Assembly: GCA_028534125.1 (NCBI GenBank)
Contig: CM052832.1
Location: 13,394,001-13,458,000 of the forward strand
Source: Lama glama
Lineage: Eukaryota
Length of the DNA stretch: 64,000 nucleotides
Reading direction: 5' to 3'
A model generated the notes under the pieces. That model searched no databases and had not been told where the DNA came from. It worked only from the letters and a program-made list of their open reading frames with translations. Positions 13,434 through 28,469 of this stretch are shown one piece after another (position 1 is the first letter of the stretch; the number at the start of each line of letters is the position of its first letter). The position numbers and the translations under genes are program-made.

Positions 13434-14884
13434 TGAGCTCATGATTGTTGCTGTAACTGAAATATTGGGGAGTGGGGGGTATCAGGCATGCCAGCCCCTC
13501 ATTTTAGCTGCTCTGTCCTCCCCTCTCTCTTCCCCTCCACTGCCCAAAAGTCTGACTGGTCTCTGTTCTGCCAGAGATGATGTGGATGCTTTAAGTATTG
13601 ATCTAGAGGGAGAGTTGAAAGGTAGAAAGAAATCAGTATTATTTACTGAGTGCTTTTCTCCCACAGTCATGACAATAACTCATTTTATAGATGATGAGAT
13701 TAAGACTCCGAGGGGATAGATGTCACATAACCATTTCGCAGTGGTACCAGAGGTGAGGCCTAGGTCTTCCTGATCTTAAAGCTCTTGCTTTTCCCAGTTT
13801 CACACTGCCTCTCCAGGAGCAAGCTCACAGCGTATCTCCACCCTTAATTTCTTCCCGCCAGATTGGTACAGATCTAAAAAGATGTCCCCAGGAGACAGAA
13901 TTTATAGAAATGAGTTATATAGGTGGGGGTGGAACGTGAAAGCATCGCAACCTTGTCCCAGCTGGTTTTGCAAGTACATCTTGCTTGTTCACAAGAGCCG
14001 TCTGTCGGGGAGGGTGTGAAGGAACCCGTGCAAGATCATCCCCATTCATGGAAAACACCCAAAGTGGGTGATCTGCTGATGCAGCAGTTTCATTTTCCTT
14101 GCATAAAAGGAGTAGCATATTATTAAAAACCAGTATCTAGGGCAAATGGGAGTCCATATTGAAAGACACAGGTGAAAGATTAATTTGATCCTTCCATGTT
14201 CAGGATCCCTGTTGGCCCCTTGAGAAGGGGAGGGTACAGGACCACCTCTAAAAGAGTTTTTTGTTGAGTGAGGAAGGGACGTGGGACTCAATCAGGGAAA
14301 ATATGAAGAACAGTGCAAGGAGAGGAGAAAATATATATTTTGGGAGAGGAGGGGGAGGACGATGTGAGGGAATTGCCAAGAAGTTTTTCTTTGGGTTTCC
14401 AGACAATTTTCTTTTTATCATAAGTTATCTATTCTCTCTCTCTCAAAAAAAAAAAAGGAAAATAAAGAGAAAGGAAAACTGCAGAAAACCTGTTTCCTTA
14501 ATTATACATTTTAGCCTTTTCCTCCCCTTCCAGTCATGTTTTCTATGCCTGAGTTATTGCTGTTGTTTTAAACATCGTTTAAACATTATAATCATTTCCT
14601 TAGGTTTTCTGAGCTGCCTGGGTGACATGTGCCATACATAGGTTGAGTGAGTCCTTAAGTTCAAAAGTGAGGGTTTTAAATTAATTAGATTGATTTGTTC
14701 AACTAGGGAGTCAGAGCTGTTAAGATGTGGAGACATTTGAGGATGTTTCCAGCACTGACTTCACTTGTGTAATATATCCATCTTGGAACATTGAATTAAC
14801 ATTAAATATTACTTCCTATAGCACATGAAAGCATTAGCTTGGCAGTTGTGAACTTTTGACTTGGCATTTCTTTGTAACTTTTAG

Positions 14885-15037
<153 letters not shown>

Positions 15038-18000
15038 TAATTGACATGTATATTCCTGTTACAGTTTTCTTTAGCTCTGTCATGTAGGAATATACATGTA
15101 ATACTGCTTTTCTTTCCCCAATAAAGAAGTAACATATATTTTAAAAGTATAAATAACTATAGTATATGTGCAGGTCTTTTAAAATTGAAAGCTTATTAGC
15201 GAAGCATCTGCCTTTTGTGTCTCCGGGTTGATCACCAGTTGTCCTTTTCATGAGGAGTCTTTTTTGAGGTCATACTTGCTGTGGTAGCATGTTCCTTACT
15301 GAATGCTGAGAGAGAGAAATTCCATATACACTTTGGAACTGAGGCTTAAGATTTGGAATTTGCGATTTATGATGTATCTTAACATGGTTCATTCTGTACA
15401 CGCAAAGTTGAGTTTTCTGAGTAGCTCATCACTACCCAAGAAAGACCAATTTTCTTTCTGAATGAATTTGCAAAAATATAATGCAAATGGTAGAGCAATG
15501 CAAATTCTCCTTTATTGATTAAGAACACTTTCTAAATCTCAAACCTACTTTGCAAATAGATTTAGAAGATGCATTAAGTACTTTATGAAAAATAAGATTT
15601 AAAATATTGGATAGTATATTAAAAACAAGAATGCGTATTTTCTATTTATTTGGTTTAATTCAGCAGGTTGCTAAGAACAGATTCTAGTGAGTGATGCTTG
15701 CAAATATCCTGTAAGATATCAGTTGCTACAGAAGGGCCAAGAGACCCTGTGGAAGGAAGAGCTCTGGGTACAGAGCCCAGGAGCCAGGTGGAGGCTGGCT
15801 CCACATGCAGTCCTTTTGCCTCTTGAGAGGAGGCATAATCATTGAGGCATCTCTGCCTTCCATTTAAGTGCCTGCTCAAAATTTAGAATTTTAATTTTCA
15901 TATGTTACCCAACAGCGTTTGACTCTCAGGAATTTTGGTTGAGTATATCAAATGCTTTGGCAGTAAATTTTCAATTTCAGACATTGTAGTTTATATGAAT
16001 AGCAACCTTATTAAAAATATGCAACAGTCCAATTTATTATCTAAAAATTAGTGTGTGATATTGGTGTAGGCACTGAGTTTCAATTAATCTTGAAAAGGAA
16101 AACATAAAGCTGTAGGCTGTATTGATGAGTATATTTTGCTTTTCACAAGTAAATTTTATTTTTACAGAGTGTATTTCCTATAGTTTTAACCAAGGCTCAA
16201 AGCATTTCTTTATCAAATAATTAGCATTCAGAATAAAACTGTAAAGAGAAGTACACATCGTGACTTTCACCTGTTAATCCTTCATAGCGTGTGCCAGTTG
16301 CCCAGCGTGCTAACATGGTAACAGAGGATGACCAAGCGTATTGTATAAAAATATTTTCTCAAATACTGTACCTTCTTCAAAATCAGCTTCTAAAATTTTT
16401 CTACATGAAAGTAAAGGAAATATCTGTTTAAATTAGGATTTTAAATGATGCATTAACTTAAATTGGTAGAGCTACCTTGCTGATGGACTCAGCTCCTTAG
16501 GTTTGATCTCAGTGTCGTTTCGCTAAAGTTTCTGGCCACAGACTCCACCTGAGTCAGTCACCCTGAGGCAGCATGCAGCAGCTTTGTGCTAGGTCAGAGC
16601 AGAAGTAGACCAGTGCAGATCCATCACTTTCGGGTGGGGCTGACAAAGGGTAGATTCAGAGCCTAGCTTTTTTGTAGGTATAGGTGCCTTATCTAGAAGA
16701 AAAAAAGAATTTTGTTTGCATTTACTAAACTGGGAATTAAAGCAACCTGCTGAGAGTTCATTTTTCTGTCCCATGGGGCAGAAATTTCTGCTACCTGAAA
16801 AATAAATTTTAAAAGACAAGAGACCAGCATTTGGCTAGCTTCTTCAGGTTTCTCTTCAAGCGCGGAAGGAAAGCCTCCAGTTGTGACGCTAGTATAGTAA
16901 GATGGGACAGAAGACTGACTTTTTATCCCTGCTTTCCTAGTGCCCAGGGTGGCAACTAGCATGTGATTCCCCACCCCGTTAAATATTTATGGGGCAGGGG
17001 AAGGGGAATTTAAGGTGTGGATTGCACCTCTGGCTCTTCCCTCCCCTACCCTAAAATCAACTGACTTCACTCCTGATCTTGAGGTTCTTAGCTGCTGTTT
17101 CAACTCCAGGAGAGAAGGGAAAGGTGTGGCCACACTGCCTGTAGCTTTCCCCTCAACAAACAGGGAATGTTGCAGTCACCATCCTGTCCTCCAAGGTGAG
17201 TGACAAGTGGCAGGTAGTGCCCTGAAGTAGGTAGAGGCCTTACCAGGAGCCAGGGGAAGCAGAGGCAGGTGAAAGCTGCCTTGTATGGTCTTCGTGTAGT
17301 AATGACTGGGTCATAGCCATGGCTGGACTTAAGCAAGTGCATTAGTGTTTTCCCATAACTTTGCTCCTGTATTAAACCCAAGTAAAGGCAGATGCTTTAC
17401 TCTGCTTCTTCATGATTTTATAGCACTGTTCCTTATCATCTTTATCTTCCATTTTTCCCACCTCATACCATAAGGAGAGATGTAAAAATGTAAATTTTCT
17501 AAAACATTGAAGCTATTTAAACATTTCCTAAAAACAATAGAAAAATTTAAAAAAAATCCTAGTGAACAATTTTAGTAGAGCTTGAAAACTTAAATGCCTT
17601 TAGGCCCATGGGAGTTAGCATGGAAGAATGAGGCAGGTTAGGTGTAAGACAGGAGGGAGGAGTGGGGTCTGTGTCCAAATGGGAGAGACAGTGCCTGGCT
17701 TTGCTAAAGGCATTCCAATAAAACAAACATACAAAACATTGTATGAAACAAAACAACAACCGTAGGCTGTGTGCCAATGGAAGTGCCAGTTTGTGAACTC
17801 GTGTCTTTACCTCTGAACATGTTGTGGGAGGTCCAGCCCAGGAGCACATGTTAAGACAAAAACTTTTATTCAAGGATCGGACTGGATCTTAATAAATTTA
17901 GACCTGATTCAACAGTTTTGTATCTTGTGACACATAAGAGGAGAGGCAGCAGTGTTTTGAATACTACTAAATATTTAAAGTAGATAAGATGAACTTGATA

Positions 18001-18648
18001 ATAATAAATTACTTTAATGAAGTAATTCTATGACTTCTCCCAAACTTTTGGCATCTTGGTCTCCTTAGCTAGATATTTCAGTGAAAATAGAAAACTGGAA
18101 ATGTCATAGATTTGAATCTATAACTTTTCTTAGGTGTACTTATATTTCAGTTCAGTAAGGACGGGAAACTTGAGCACATGGTCTGCACGGCTGTGCACGC
18201 AGTATGCTGTGGCATCAGAGTATTCTGGAACTGTCAGTTAGGGTGCTGTCACTGCAGATAATATTGCAGACCTGAGGCAGGGTGTGTTTAGAGAGTCTCA
18301 TCTTGGGGACTTAGTTTTATTAAAAAAAAAGATGATTAGAACAAAAAAATACACCAAAGAATGGTAATTTTAACCAATCAGAGGTTCAATTTATAGCACT
18401 GTTAAAGTTTCCATTTAAATTAAAGCCATTGATTTTGTCTTTTTTTAAGCCTTTCATCACTCAAGATTTCATTACTGAACATCTCCAAGTCAAATGTTGT
18501 CAATTTTGAGTTAGTAGGTTTGCCTAAGCATAAATTAAATCTTTTGCATCATCACAATACTCAAAACAGTATTTAAATTGTTTAAACAAATATACAGTCT
18601 AATAAAGCAGAGCAAGGCTTGTCATTAATCAAATGCGTATACCTCTAG

Positions 18649-18849
<201 letters not shown>

Positions 18850-20935
18850 TAACTTTTAATTGTGCTTACAAAGTTGCTTTCTGCATCTTTTTTAGGTCTG
18901 TAAAGGAGGTCAGTAACCTGTTTGTGCTGGGGTGCCTTTCTACAATTTTAGTGCCATAAAAGTAACATTCTCATTCATTCTCATGATTTCAGATGGATAT
19001 TTCTTTCTTTCTTTCTTTTTCTTTTTCAATACGTAGGAATAAACTAGGGACTTTGCCTGCTCTCCTGTCAGTGGGAATACGTGTAATCAGTTATCCCAGT
19101 GACAGAATTGAAGCTGTAATATTCTTTGCTTCAACTCTTCTGTTTCTTTTTCTATAATTTATATTAATAAGGAGTGGATTTCTCATTACCTATATTAGTA
19201 GCCAGAATCAGTTTCTCATTTCTGAGATGGCAAGTTTTATGTAACTCAGCATGTGCATCGTCTAAGACAGCTCCAAAGTAAACCCAGCACAGAACATGCC
19301 ATCTGTCCTGGGGAACACATTCTGGTTCCCAGTGAGCAGATGAACTGTCAGCAAACTGGTGGGGAAAAAAAGAAAACTTTTTCTTTTTTGCTTCTGTGGC
19401 AAAGCCAACATAATTGTGGTGTAATATTTGATCTTGTGACAATCTTTAGTTTAGATGTAGGGTCACCAATAATTTTTTATTAACAACTGATGAAGGCTAG
19501 AAAAGAATCTGACAGGATGAGGAGAAACTTTTTAACATTTAGATGCCAGTTCTTAAATAGGAGTAAGAACCAGCTCAGTCACCAGCCAGCCAGTTGACGT
19601 GTGTCTCCTCAAGCCTTACCCGCACCATCTTCCATGGCTTCTCACGTCTCCTGGACCCTCCGTTTGCGCTTGGTGGAGCTGGCCTGCAGAGCCATAGACC
19701 GTCTGGCCTGAGCTCTGATCATCTGGGCAGGCGCACACAGGTGAGGCCACTGGCTGCTCTCCTGGGCCACCGCGCTAACCAAGGCCACACAGATACTAGA
19801 GCTGGCTGAGTGCACCGCCCCCATCTCTGGTGTGCCTTCAGATTGAATGTGTGGCTGCCAGGAGTGATTAGGGAATTATATTTTTCAAGTCTTAGGTCAA
19901 AAAAGGGAGCATTTTAATAAATGGCTTAGTTTTTGCCTGAGGGTAAAATACCCATTTACCTCTAAGAATGCAAAACTTCCCCCAGACTTACAAATGAAAT
20001 GAAATTCGAAAAGCATAATGATACTCTGTTAGAATCAGAGGTGTCTTTCTCTTTTCCCCGTTTACTAACACAAATGGCTTTATATGTGATCTAAACTGAA
20101 TCTTTCCTATTTCTTTTAGCTTTAAACTACTTATACATATTTGCTTTGCTTTTGTCTAACTATTAAAATCAGAATCTTTTTTTCACCATTTTACTTTGCT
20201 GGTATTAAGCAGAAATAATTAAATTTTGATTTTGTAGAAAACTAAGGAAGTTACCTTTTAACTGCTAAAATACTGATACTGTTTTGTAAAAGTTGCATAA
20301 AGCATTTTGGTGTATATTTAAGTACCTATAATAAAACACTGGAGGAGACCCACTGATCTTGGGAGGTGTTCACTGTGCATTTTTGGAAGGCAGCTGTTAC
20401 ACATCCTAGTGTGTAGCATTTTCAGTTCATGTTTAGCTTTTGTTGACTAATACTTTGCTACCTAAATCCTACCTTTTTATTTGTTTATGTTCTAATGTTT
20501 TGTGAATAGAAATTGGAGAGCTTGTTTTCAGCCTCCCCAAATTTTTACATTTTTGTTGTTTGGCATTTCTGCTTCTCTCTCTAATAACGGCAGTACAGCC
20601 TCTGTGGAAACGCCATTTGAAGAGAAGAGACAGTTCGCAGATGTTTGTGCAGAGTGAAAAGTAAAGTAACTTTATCTCCCAGCTCAAAACGTTATCTTAA
20701 GCAAATTTACTTCTTTCTTTTCCCCTGAAATGAGAGAAATTTCCTTTCTCCAAAGTGAAATGGAAATCACAGCTAAATGGTCAGGATCAATTAGCTTAGG
20801 TGAAAGTGTTTGGCTCTCCGTGGCTGTGAATTTTACCTTTTAAGTGTTAGAAGCTAGTTACCGTTTCTGCCCATAGTGGGTCAGTCTCTGGAACACCTCA
20901 GAGGCCCGTTTAGCGCTGCCTCACCTTGCAGATAG

Positions 20936-21184
<249 letters not shown>

Positions 21185-22806
21185 TGACCGTGTGTCTTCA
21201 CCTGTCTGAGCAGCCTCTGGTTTAACACCACATGGCTTGTAGTCATCACAGCCGGGGTGCTGTGAGCTACCTGGTGTATTTCTCTCTTTTTTTTTATAGG
21301 TAATTTTGCTGTTACTTCTTTTCTCAGGAAGGCTTATAGTTTTATAATTTGACTGAACATTCCTCTTAAAAATAAAGGACGATTTGGAAGTGATTAAGAT
21401 TAAAATTGATTTAGGTTATTTTATAATAAAGCCAAAGATAGTCATCTTCTCTTAGCATGTAATTACACTAGTGCATCGCCTGTCGAGAGCCCCTCTGTTG
21501 GGCAGCCTCGTGCGTTGAGGAGCCCAGCCAAGATCTGGGAAGTAAGGCAGCAGCAGCAACAATCTGTCACAGAGTTTACTTCCAAATCCTGTGCCCTCTG
21601 CTTAGAGAAGAGCCCTGCACAGCCTCTGTAATGGCCTCTTTATCTTTACCTTTAGACATGCCAGTGAGCTCTGGTGCTTGGTTCTTAAACTCACAGCAGA
21701 TCTTGTGCTGCTGGATAGTTGGCTGCTCCTTGGCAGCTTCTCCACCACCTGGGCCGCACTTAGCTATGAAGTGAATATATTGATCCAGAGATGCTCCAGA
21801 GTCCCTTCCAGCTCTAAAGTCTAGATTGTTGTGTTCTGTTATGTAGAATTGCTGTCTAGACTGAATTTTTTTTTTTAAGTAGAAAAGTAAATTTAATTCC
21901 TTGGGTACTTTTCTTTCTTACTGTCTTTTGATAACAGTCTTTGAAAAAGTTGAAGTTTGGTCTACTTTCTTTGAAACCTTTATTTTTCTGTTTCAGGAGG
22001 GCAGATTTGTCAGGTATTTCTTCTAGTTAACAGCTTTTTTCTTCATTATAAGAATAATACACATACATAGTGGAAAATTTGAACAATACCGAGAGTTATA
22101 ACAAAGAAAAATAACTATAATCTCATCAAAGATAACCACTATTTTAGTATAATAGCTTCAGTATCTTTTCTGTTTGTGTCAATAATTTATGTATAGTTAG
22201 CATCCTAAAAGTAAATAGCTTGGTATTCTGCTTTTAAAATGTTAATATATATGAGATTATTTTTGTATGTCACAAGGTTCAGATATATTTTTAATGAAGC
22301 AGAAGCCCTACATTGTGTGGTCTTGGGTTCAGATGCTCTGGCCCTGTACCCCGGGTGCCTTAGTGCTGGCTTAGTTGTAGCTTGTAGTCTGTGTTCAAGT
22401 CCAGCCAACGTACTGAAGGCCAAGAGCTGGGGGTTCAGTCTAGAGGAGGAGGATTGGGGAACCCTGTTTGGTGCAGACATACTCTCTCAGTATGCTTGCC
22501 CAGACCTGTAGAAGTGAGCTCACTTACGTGTTTAGTCGTGCATATTATAGAAGTAAAAATGTGGAAGTTTTGTGTCCCTGCTGTATACTCAGAGAGCTAC
22601 AGAATTCCCTGAAAATCTGGTTTTAAATAGCATTTGCTCCAGGCACTGCTTTTTAAGACGCCTTTTTCCCTTAGAGGTGTCCAGGTAAAACAAGTAATTA
22701 TAAGAACTGTAAGACATTTCTCTGGCTTGTGGAACAAGTTATTTGCAAATCTGGAAGGAAGATACCAGGTCAGCAGGCTCAAAGCTGTCTTTGGTAGTTT
22801 ACCTTT

Positions 22807-22852
22807 TGTGTGTGTGCATGTGTGTGTTTGTACACACACACATATACACACA
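22807..22852. repeat. Compound (TG)n-(CA)n microsatellite, self-complementary
   Basis: tgtgtgtgtgcatgtgtgtgt ttgtac acacacacatatacacaca. Confidence 0.85.
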
Positions 22853-24169
22853 TAGCCAAACCTAATGGGATTTAAAAAACAAAACAAAACCAAACCTGAT
22901 CCAATGCAAAGCTTCTATAGCCTTGTTCCCTGGGAAGTTTGCATGTTAAGGCATGAAGAAAGGTGGTATCGTGGAAAGACCACAGCTGTTGAAGTCACTG
23001 GCTCAAACCCTGGCCACACCACTTCTAATTGTGTGACCTTGAGCAGTATAGATCCCTGAGCATTAGGATTTCCTACCCTGTTTTTAGTTTTACCTCCTTA
23101 TCTACTTAGCATTTTGGTTAGTGAACATTTGGTCCTGTCCAAAATGTCTGTAAGACATTTGGTCCATAGTTATTTGGTTCACACTGAAAAAGATCTTTGA
23201 AATTTGGTCCTATCCAATTTCACCACCCCAAGAGCACCTTCCTCTTCTTAAGGTCTGATAGTGCCAAGCACCAGGTTGGAAGCCTTATGTGCGTTAATTC
23301 TCATCATTCCTGCCAAGAAGATACCATGACTCCCATTTTCCAGATAAGATCAGGAGGTTGGAGAGGGTAAGTGGTCCTGGTCAGGAGGAAAAAGCATTGA
23401 TTTCTGGCTTTGGTTCTGCTGTTTCATCAAGAAGTCACTGAATGACAGTGAAGTGTGGCTTAAGAATTTTATAAATGAGACAACACATTTAAAGTATGCG
23501 TGGCTTATAGGAGGTATGAGTTTTCCTTAAAGAGAGTGATAAAGTCAGAGACTTTTGATTGGAATACAGTATGGCAACTTTTATCAAGAACTGTGAGGTA
23601 AAGTTTATTCCCTTTGTCTTTGGAATAGTTTACTCCTTGGAATTTATCCTAATGAAATAATTCAAGAGGAGAAGAAGCTATATGAACAAAGATTTGTTTA
23701 TTTAGTCATCATTTAACAGCCATTAATGTTGAGCCCATCCTCTGTACCATGCGTGGTTAGGGTTGGGAACGCAGGCCCTCTCTGGCACAGGGGTGCTTGC
23801 TGTAACCCACAGTACTCGAGAGTAAGGAGTTGGAAATGGAGTGAACATCCAGTATCAGGGGGACAAGCAGACGAGGAGGTACTAAGTCATTTGAATATTA
23901 TGTAGACATTAAAAATGATGATTTTGAAGAAACAGAATATTTGATTTAGTTTAAGAAGTAAAATTAGGTGCTATGGATATTGTATGCCAGCTATATTTCA
24001 GTGAAAAAAAGGGAAAAAAATTAGATGCTATGGAGGATTCAACTAGTTTAAAAGTTTATATTTGGACAAAAACAAAGATAATATGCAAAAATGAAAATAC
24101 TTCTATTTGTATAATAGGGTTTGGGGTGATCTTTAAAAAATTTATTTGCTGTTCTGTTTTTCCCTGTAA

Positions 24170-24400
<231 letters not shown>

Positions 24401-25211
24401 TAACAGAGATTTAGCCTTTTTTTAATCCCTTAACTGGGCCTCGAAGAGCTATTCCTCTGGTAACCAAAATATGCACGATGGATTGGGAGATTCTCACAGT
24501 TTGAGTCTTTAGAGAATAGAAATACTCCATTCCCAGGTTTGCCTGTGATTTGTACTGTGTGGTGAGGCCAGATGAGGGCTACCGGATGTGTTAAGGCTGA
24601 TGTCCAAAAGAGCTTGCTTTGGAGCTCTGCTGAGAAGGTCACAGGGCATGAGGAGAAAGTCCTGGGAACAACTCCAGGTTTGATTTATCCCCGGTGCTTC
24701 TTTCTGTCATAGCACAAGGAAGTTTGTAAGTTACTTTCACTCCAACACTACCAAACCATTGAAACTATGTAGTAAAATTCCAATTCATCCTTAGAAGCTT
24801 ATACCAAATAGTGTATTATATATTCAGAAGTCTCTGATTATGTAAGAGTTGCTACTCTTGGAAATGATAGTAATTTGGGGAAGTTGTGAATGTTTTAGAT
24901 CCACTTTGGGACCTTTGCTTCTGATGAGACTGAATTCCCGGTGATTCTGATTAAATTCCCCATAATTCTGTTTTAAGGCCTGTCCGTGTCCTCTGGCCAC
25001 ATAATCCACAGGGAAGTGCTGCTTCCAACTCTCATTGTGTAGATTCTTTGAGTTAATGCTTCGGAGCCTGTGATTTGGGCTTGTGGACCTGCTGGGAAGT
25101 GTGCCATCCAGAGTTATTGATGTTGGGCAGAAAAGCAAGACTTGAGGGTCTCATGTGGCTTGAACCAGAGCCTAGAAAAGTAGTAAACATTCCTATCTGA
25201 ACTTTGATTAG

Positions 25212-25337
<126 letters not shown>

Positions 25338-26719
25338 TGAGTAAGTTTAAAAATATGCATGTAACTTTGCATTTGATAAATGCATGTTGTCTATTGCTTG
25401 ATATAAATGACCTTAATAGAGCACTGTCATTGTGCTGGTAGCACCAGAGTAATCTCCTGAAGGAGGGCAGATAATGTGAGGTGGTTTTTGTTGTGACATT
25501 CTCAGTGGATGCCGTCACTCAGGCCTTTTACAGGTGACAACCCTTTCCCTTCCTGTTCTGCCTTTTCCCAATTTTCATGGTAAATGGTGGTAAATGGGTT
25601 GTAGTTAAGCTGGAGTTCTCTTAAAATAAAACTAAGTACAAATACCTACCCAGCACTTTGAGGCAGTGGTTCTCAAACTTATAAAAGTTTGATTCACTTA
25701 GTCAAGACTCCTTAATTCACCTGCCCCACCCTTTCCTATTTATGGTGGAAAAAAGAACTTGGTGATTAAAAACTGGAGAGAAATTTAAGGGACATGCTTA
25801 CTTTACTAAAAATTTGTGTATATACACATAAAATTATGCTTCACAACTTAAAAATAACGTTATTGTATTTTCCTTGATAGTATGTTGGAATTTATTTAAA
25901 TAGTACAGATTCACCAGTGAAATACTGCTGCCCAGGCAGACTTCTGTTCTGGAAGGCACATGGCCTGGTGTCTAGTTATTGGAAAATTTCTGACCAGAGA
26001 TAATAGAAATGTGTATTGTCGTATGCTCAGACTTTGCTAGAAACCCATAGCAAATGGAAAGTGGTAATGGTAAATGAACAGTTGGTCTTCAGAAAGCAAG
26101 AAGAGCAGCAATGGATGGAAACCTGACTGACTCAGAATGATGATCTTGTGTATTATGTAGAAATGGTGGCACTTCTGCTTGTCGGTGTATACGTTTGTAA
26201 CTTGGCAGATTTGCCAAGTATTGTTTTGGCCAGACTTCTTAGTAAAATACTGAATTAGAGTTCTCTGTGATATCTTTAATAGCTCACTAAGTAGATTGCT
26301 GGTAAATAACTGTTAGTCATATGGGAAAATGGAAGCCTGTAGAATTAAGAAAGAATCAAAGGAAAGGCTTGCATTTTTAAAATTTATTTGAGGCCCATCA
26401 GTGGGCTTCAAGACCCGCTTTGAATATTACGATTTTTATGTTAAACCTGGGCACTGGGAGAGGCAGTAACTTAAACCACACACTTTTGGAGATGTAGTAA
26501 CTGAAATTAATCTTTGATGTCTTTTTCTAACGTTAACTTAGGGATACTTAGGTTTGGTATAGCTAGTCATGTCATAGTCGTCTTAGGAACTGTGATACTC
26601 TTTAAATGTCTAAATTTTGTATATGGTTGAAACACTTTACATAGCTTGTTGTATTCCTGACATAGGGAATGTCAGGAATGACTTTGGTCAGATGCTTCTA
26701 TTATGTCTCTCCATAGGGC

Positions 26720-26900
26720 AGTAGATCTTAACCTTGGCTGCACACCAGAATCACCTAGGGAACCTCAGGACACACTGATGTCTGGGTCCCAATCCCAGAG
26801 ATTCTGGTGCAGTTGGTGTGGGGTATATAGTCTGGGTATCTGATTTTTAAAAGGATGCTGGGTGATTCTACTGTGCAGTGAAAGTTGAGACCCTCTACTG
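26720..26900. mobile_element. MER5A1-like hAT-Charlie non-autonomous DNA transposon
   Basis: cagtagatcttaaccttggctgcac...agaatcacc...cccagagattctg...ggtgattct...gtgcag...ttgagac...actg; palindromic ends. Confidence 0.8.
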
Positions 26901-28469
26901 AAGGGACTGTTTCTTAAACAGTAGCTCCTGCATTATTGGGAAGCTGATACTTATCTGTATTTTGGAAGGTAACAAAAGGTAAGGACATTTCTGTGATTTA
27001 AAAATAAATTTTTTTAAAGCAAGCCAGGATTTAACCTTTGACCATTTTTATTTTTGGGGTAATTAAGTTTACATACTTTAAATTATTCTTATACTCTGAG
27101 AAGCTTTATGCTTTTTGACACACACCACAGGGTCATGTCAGACTTACTAGGAACCACTTACAAGTCTGTGAGGGAGATTTCACAGTTCCCATATTCGGAG
27201 TTAAATGTCCTTTAATATTTAAAATGTTATTTTAAGTCTGAATAAAACTTAGGTTCTAATGCTGTGATTAAGCTTCTTGCCTTTTTATTCTGTCTACAGT
27301 AGAGATGGAAAAGTATTAAGGTCACTCATAATACCTCTTTTGATAACTTGAAGAAAATAAAGCTACCTTTCAGTCTTCAAAAGGGCAGTTAACTGTGCTT
27401 TTGACCTTTCGTAAGTAATCCCACTGAGCTAGTACCTCCTGCCTCCTAGAGGCAGGAGGACGGACTGGGAGGTACACAGCTTGAATGGAAGGTTAATGTT
27501 AGTTAATGCTTGATATAAACTTACTGCTCTAGGTTAAGCTTAACATATGTAATCCTTCACCCAGCCTATTACTTTTCAGTCCACTGAGAATCACTAAAAA
27601 ATGTGGAGGCTTTAGCTTCATCTTTGGCTGCTTAAATCCTTTTCTAATATTTTAAGTACCAGTGTGGTCCTGGGTAACCTTAGGCCACACTAACTGATTC
27701 GGAAATAAATATGAGTCATTTTTAAGTTATTAAACCAGAGTTAAAAGTTGAAGTACCTACATCTAGGCATCCAGTCTTGGCCAATTCTTTTTTTCTTTTT
27801 TTAGTGTAGAGTTTATAGAAGTGGTTAAGTAGGAGATTATATTGCTTTATTTCCTCTAAAATCCTAAAAGAAATCATAAGTTGGAACACATCATATGTTT
27901 GAAATACTAACAATCCACAAAGCTCTTTACAGTATAGTTCTGATCGACACTATGAATACCCAAACAACAAAAGGAAAAAGAAGGGTCTAGATTTGAGGTG
28001 TTAAGGGCTTAAAGTTGGAGGACACCCTAGTATGGAAAACAGACAAAGGTTTGGGAAGGGGGCAGTCCCTGGACTACCTTTGTGTACCTTGTACTAAAGT
28101 GAGAGTGAGCTCCCAAGGAGGGACTCCAGCTCCCTGGTGAGAACATCCCTTATGTGACAGGTTTACACCTGCTGTTTACTGTATTCTGTAACTCCAAGAT
28201 TTTTTTTTACACCTTAGTATTAGGCATTTTTTTTGTGGCATTAGGTCTTTGTGGTTTTATAATAGAAATCTTTGAACAAAGAAGGTTTACTCAAAAGCTT
28301 TGCTGGAATATATTTCATCTAAATTGAAAGGTTTCTGTAGTTTCTTAACTTTTATAATTAGAATAAAAATTTCTGCTTCTTGGGGAGGGTCCAATCCATG
28401 TTTCAGACTTAAAACTTAAAAAAAAAACCTGGCTATTTAATATGTATATTTAAAAGAAAACAATGTATA

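Noticed and set aside
14261..14641. 126-aa ORF in STK38 intron 4
   Set aside because: Non-ATG start, low-complexity composition, no homology I recognise.
23110..23220. Repeat-spacer pattern as a CRISPR-like array
   Set aside because: Repeats are only 9-11 nt, spacing is not uniform and the context is a mammalian intron.
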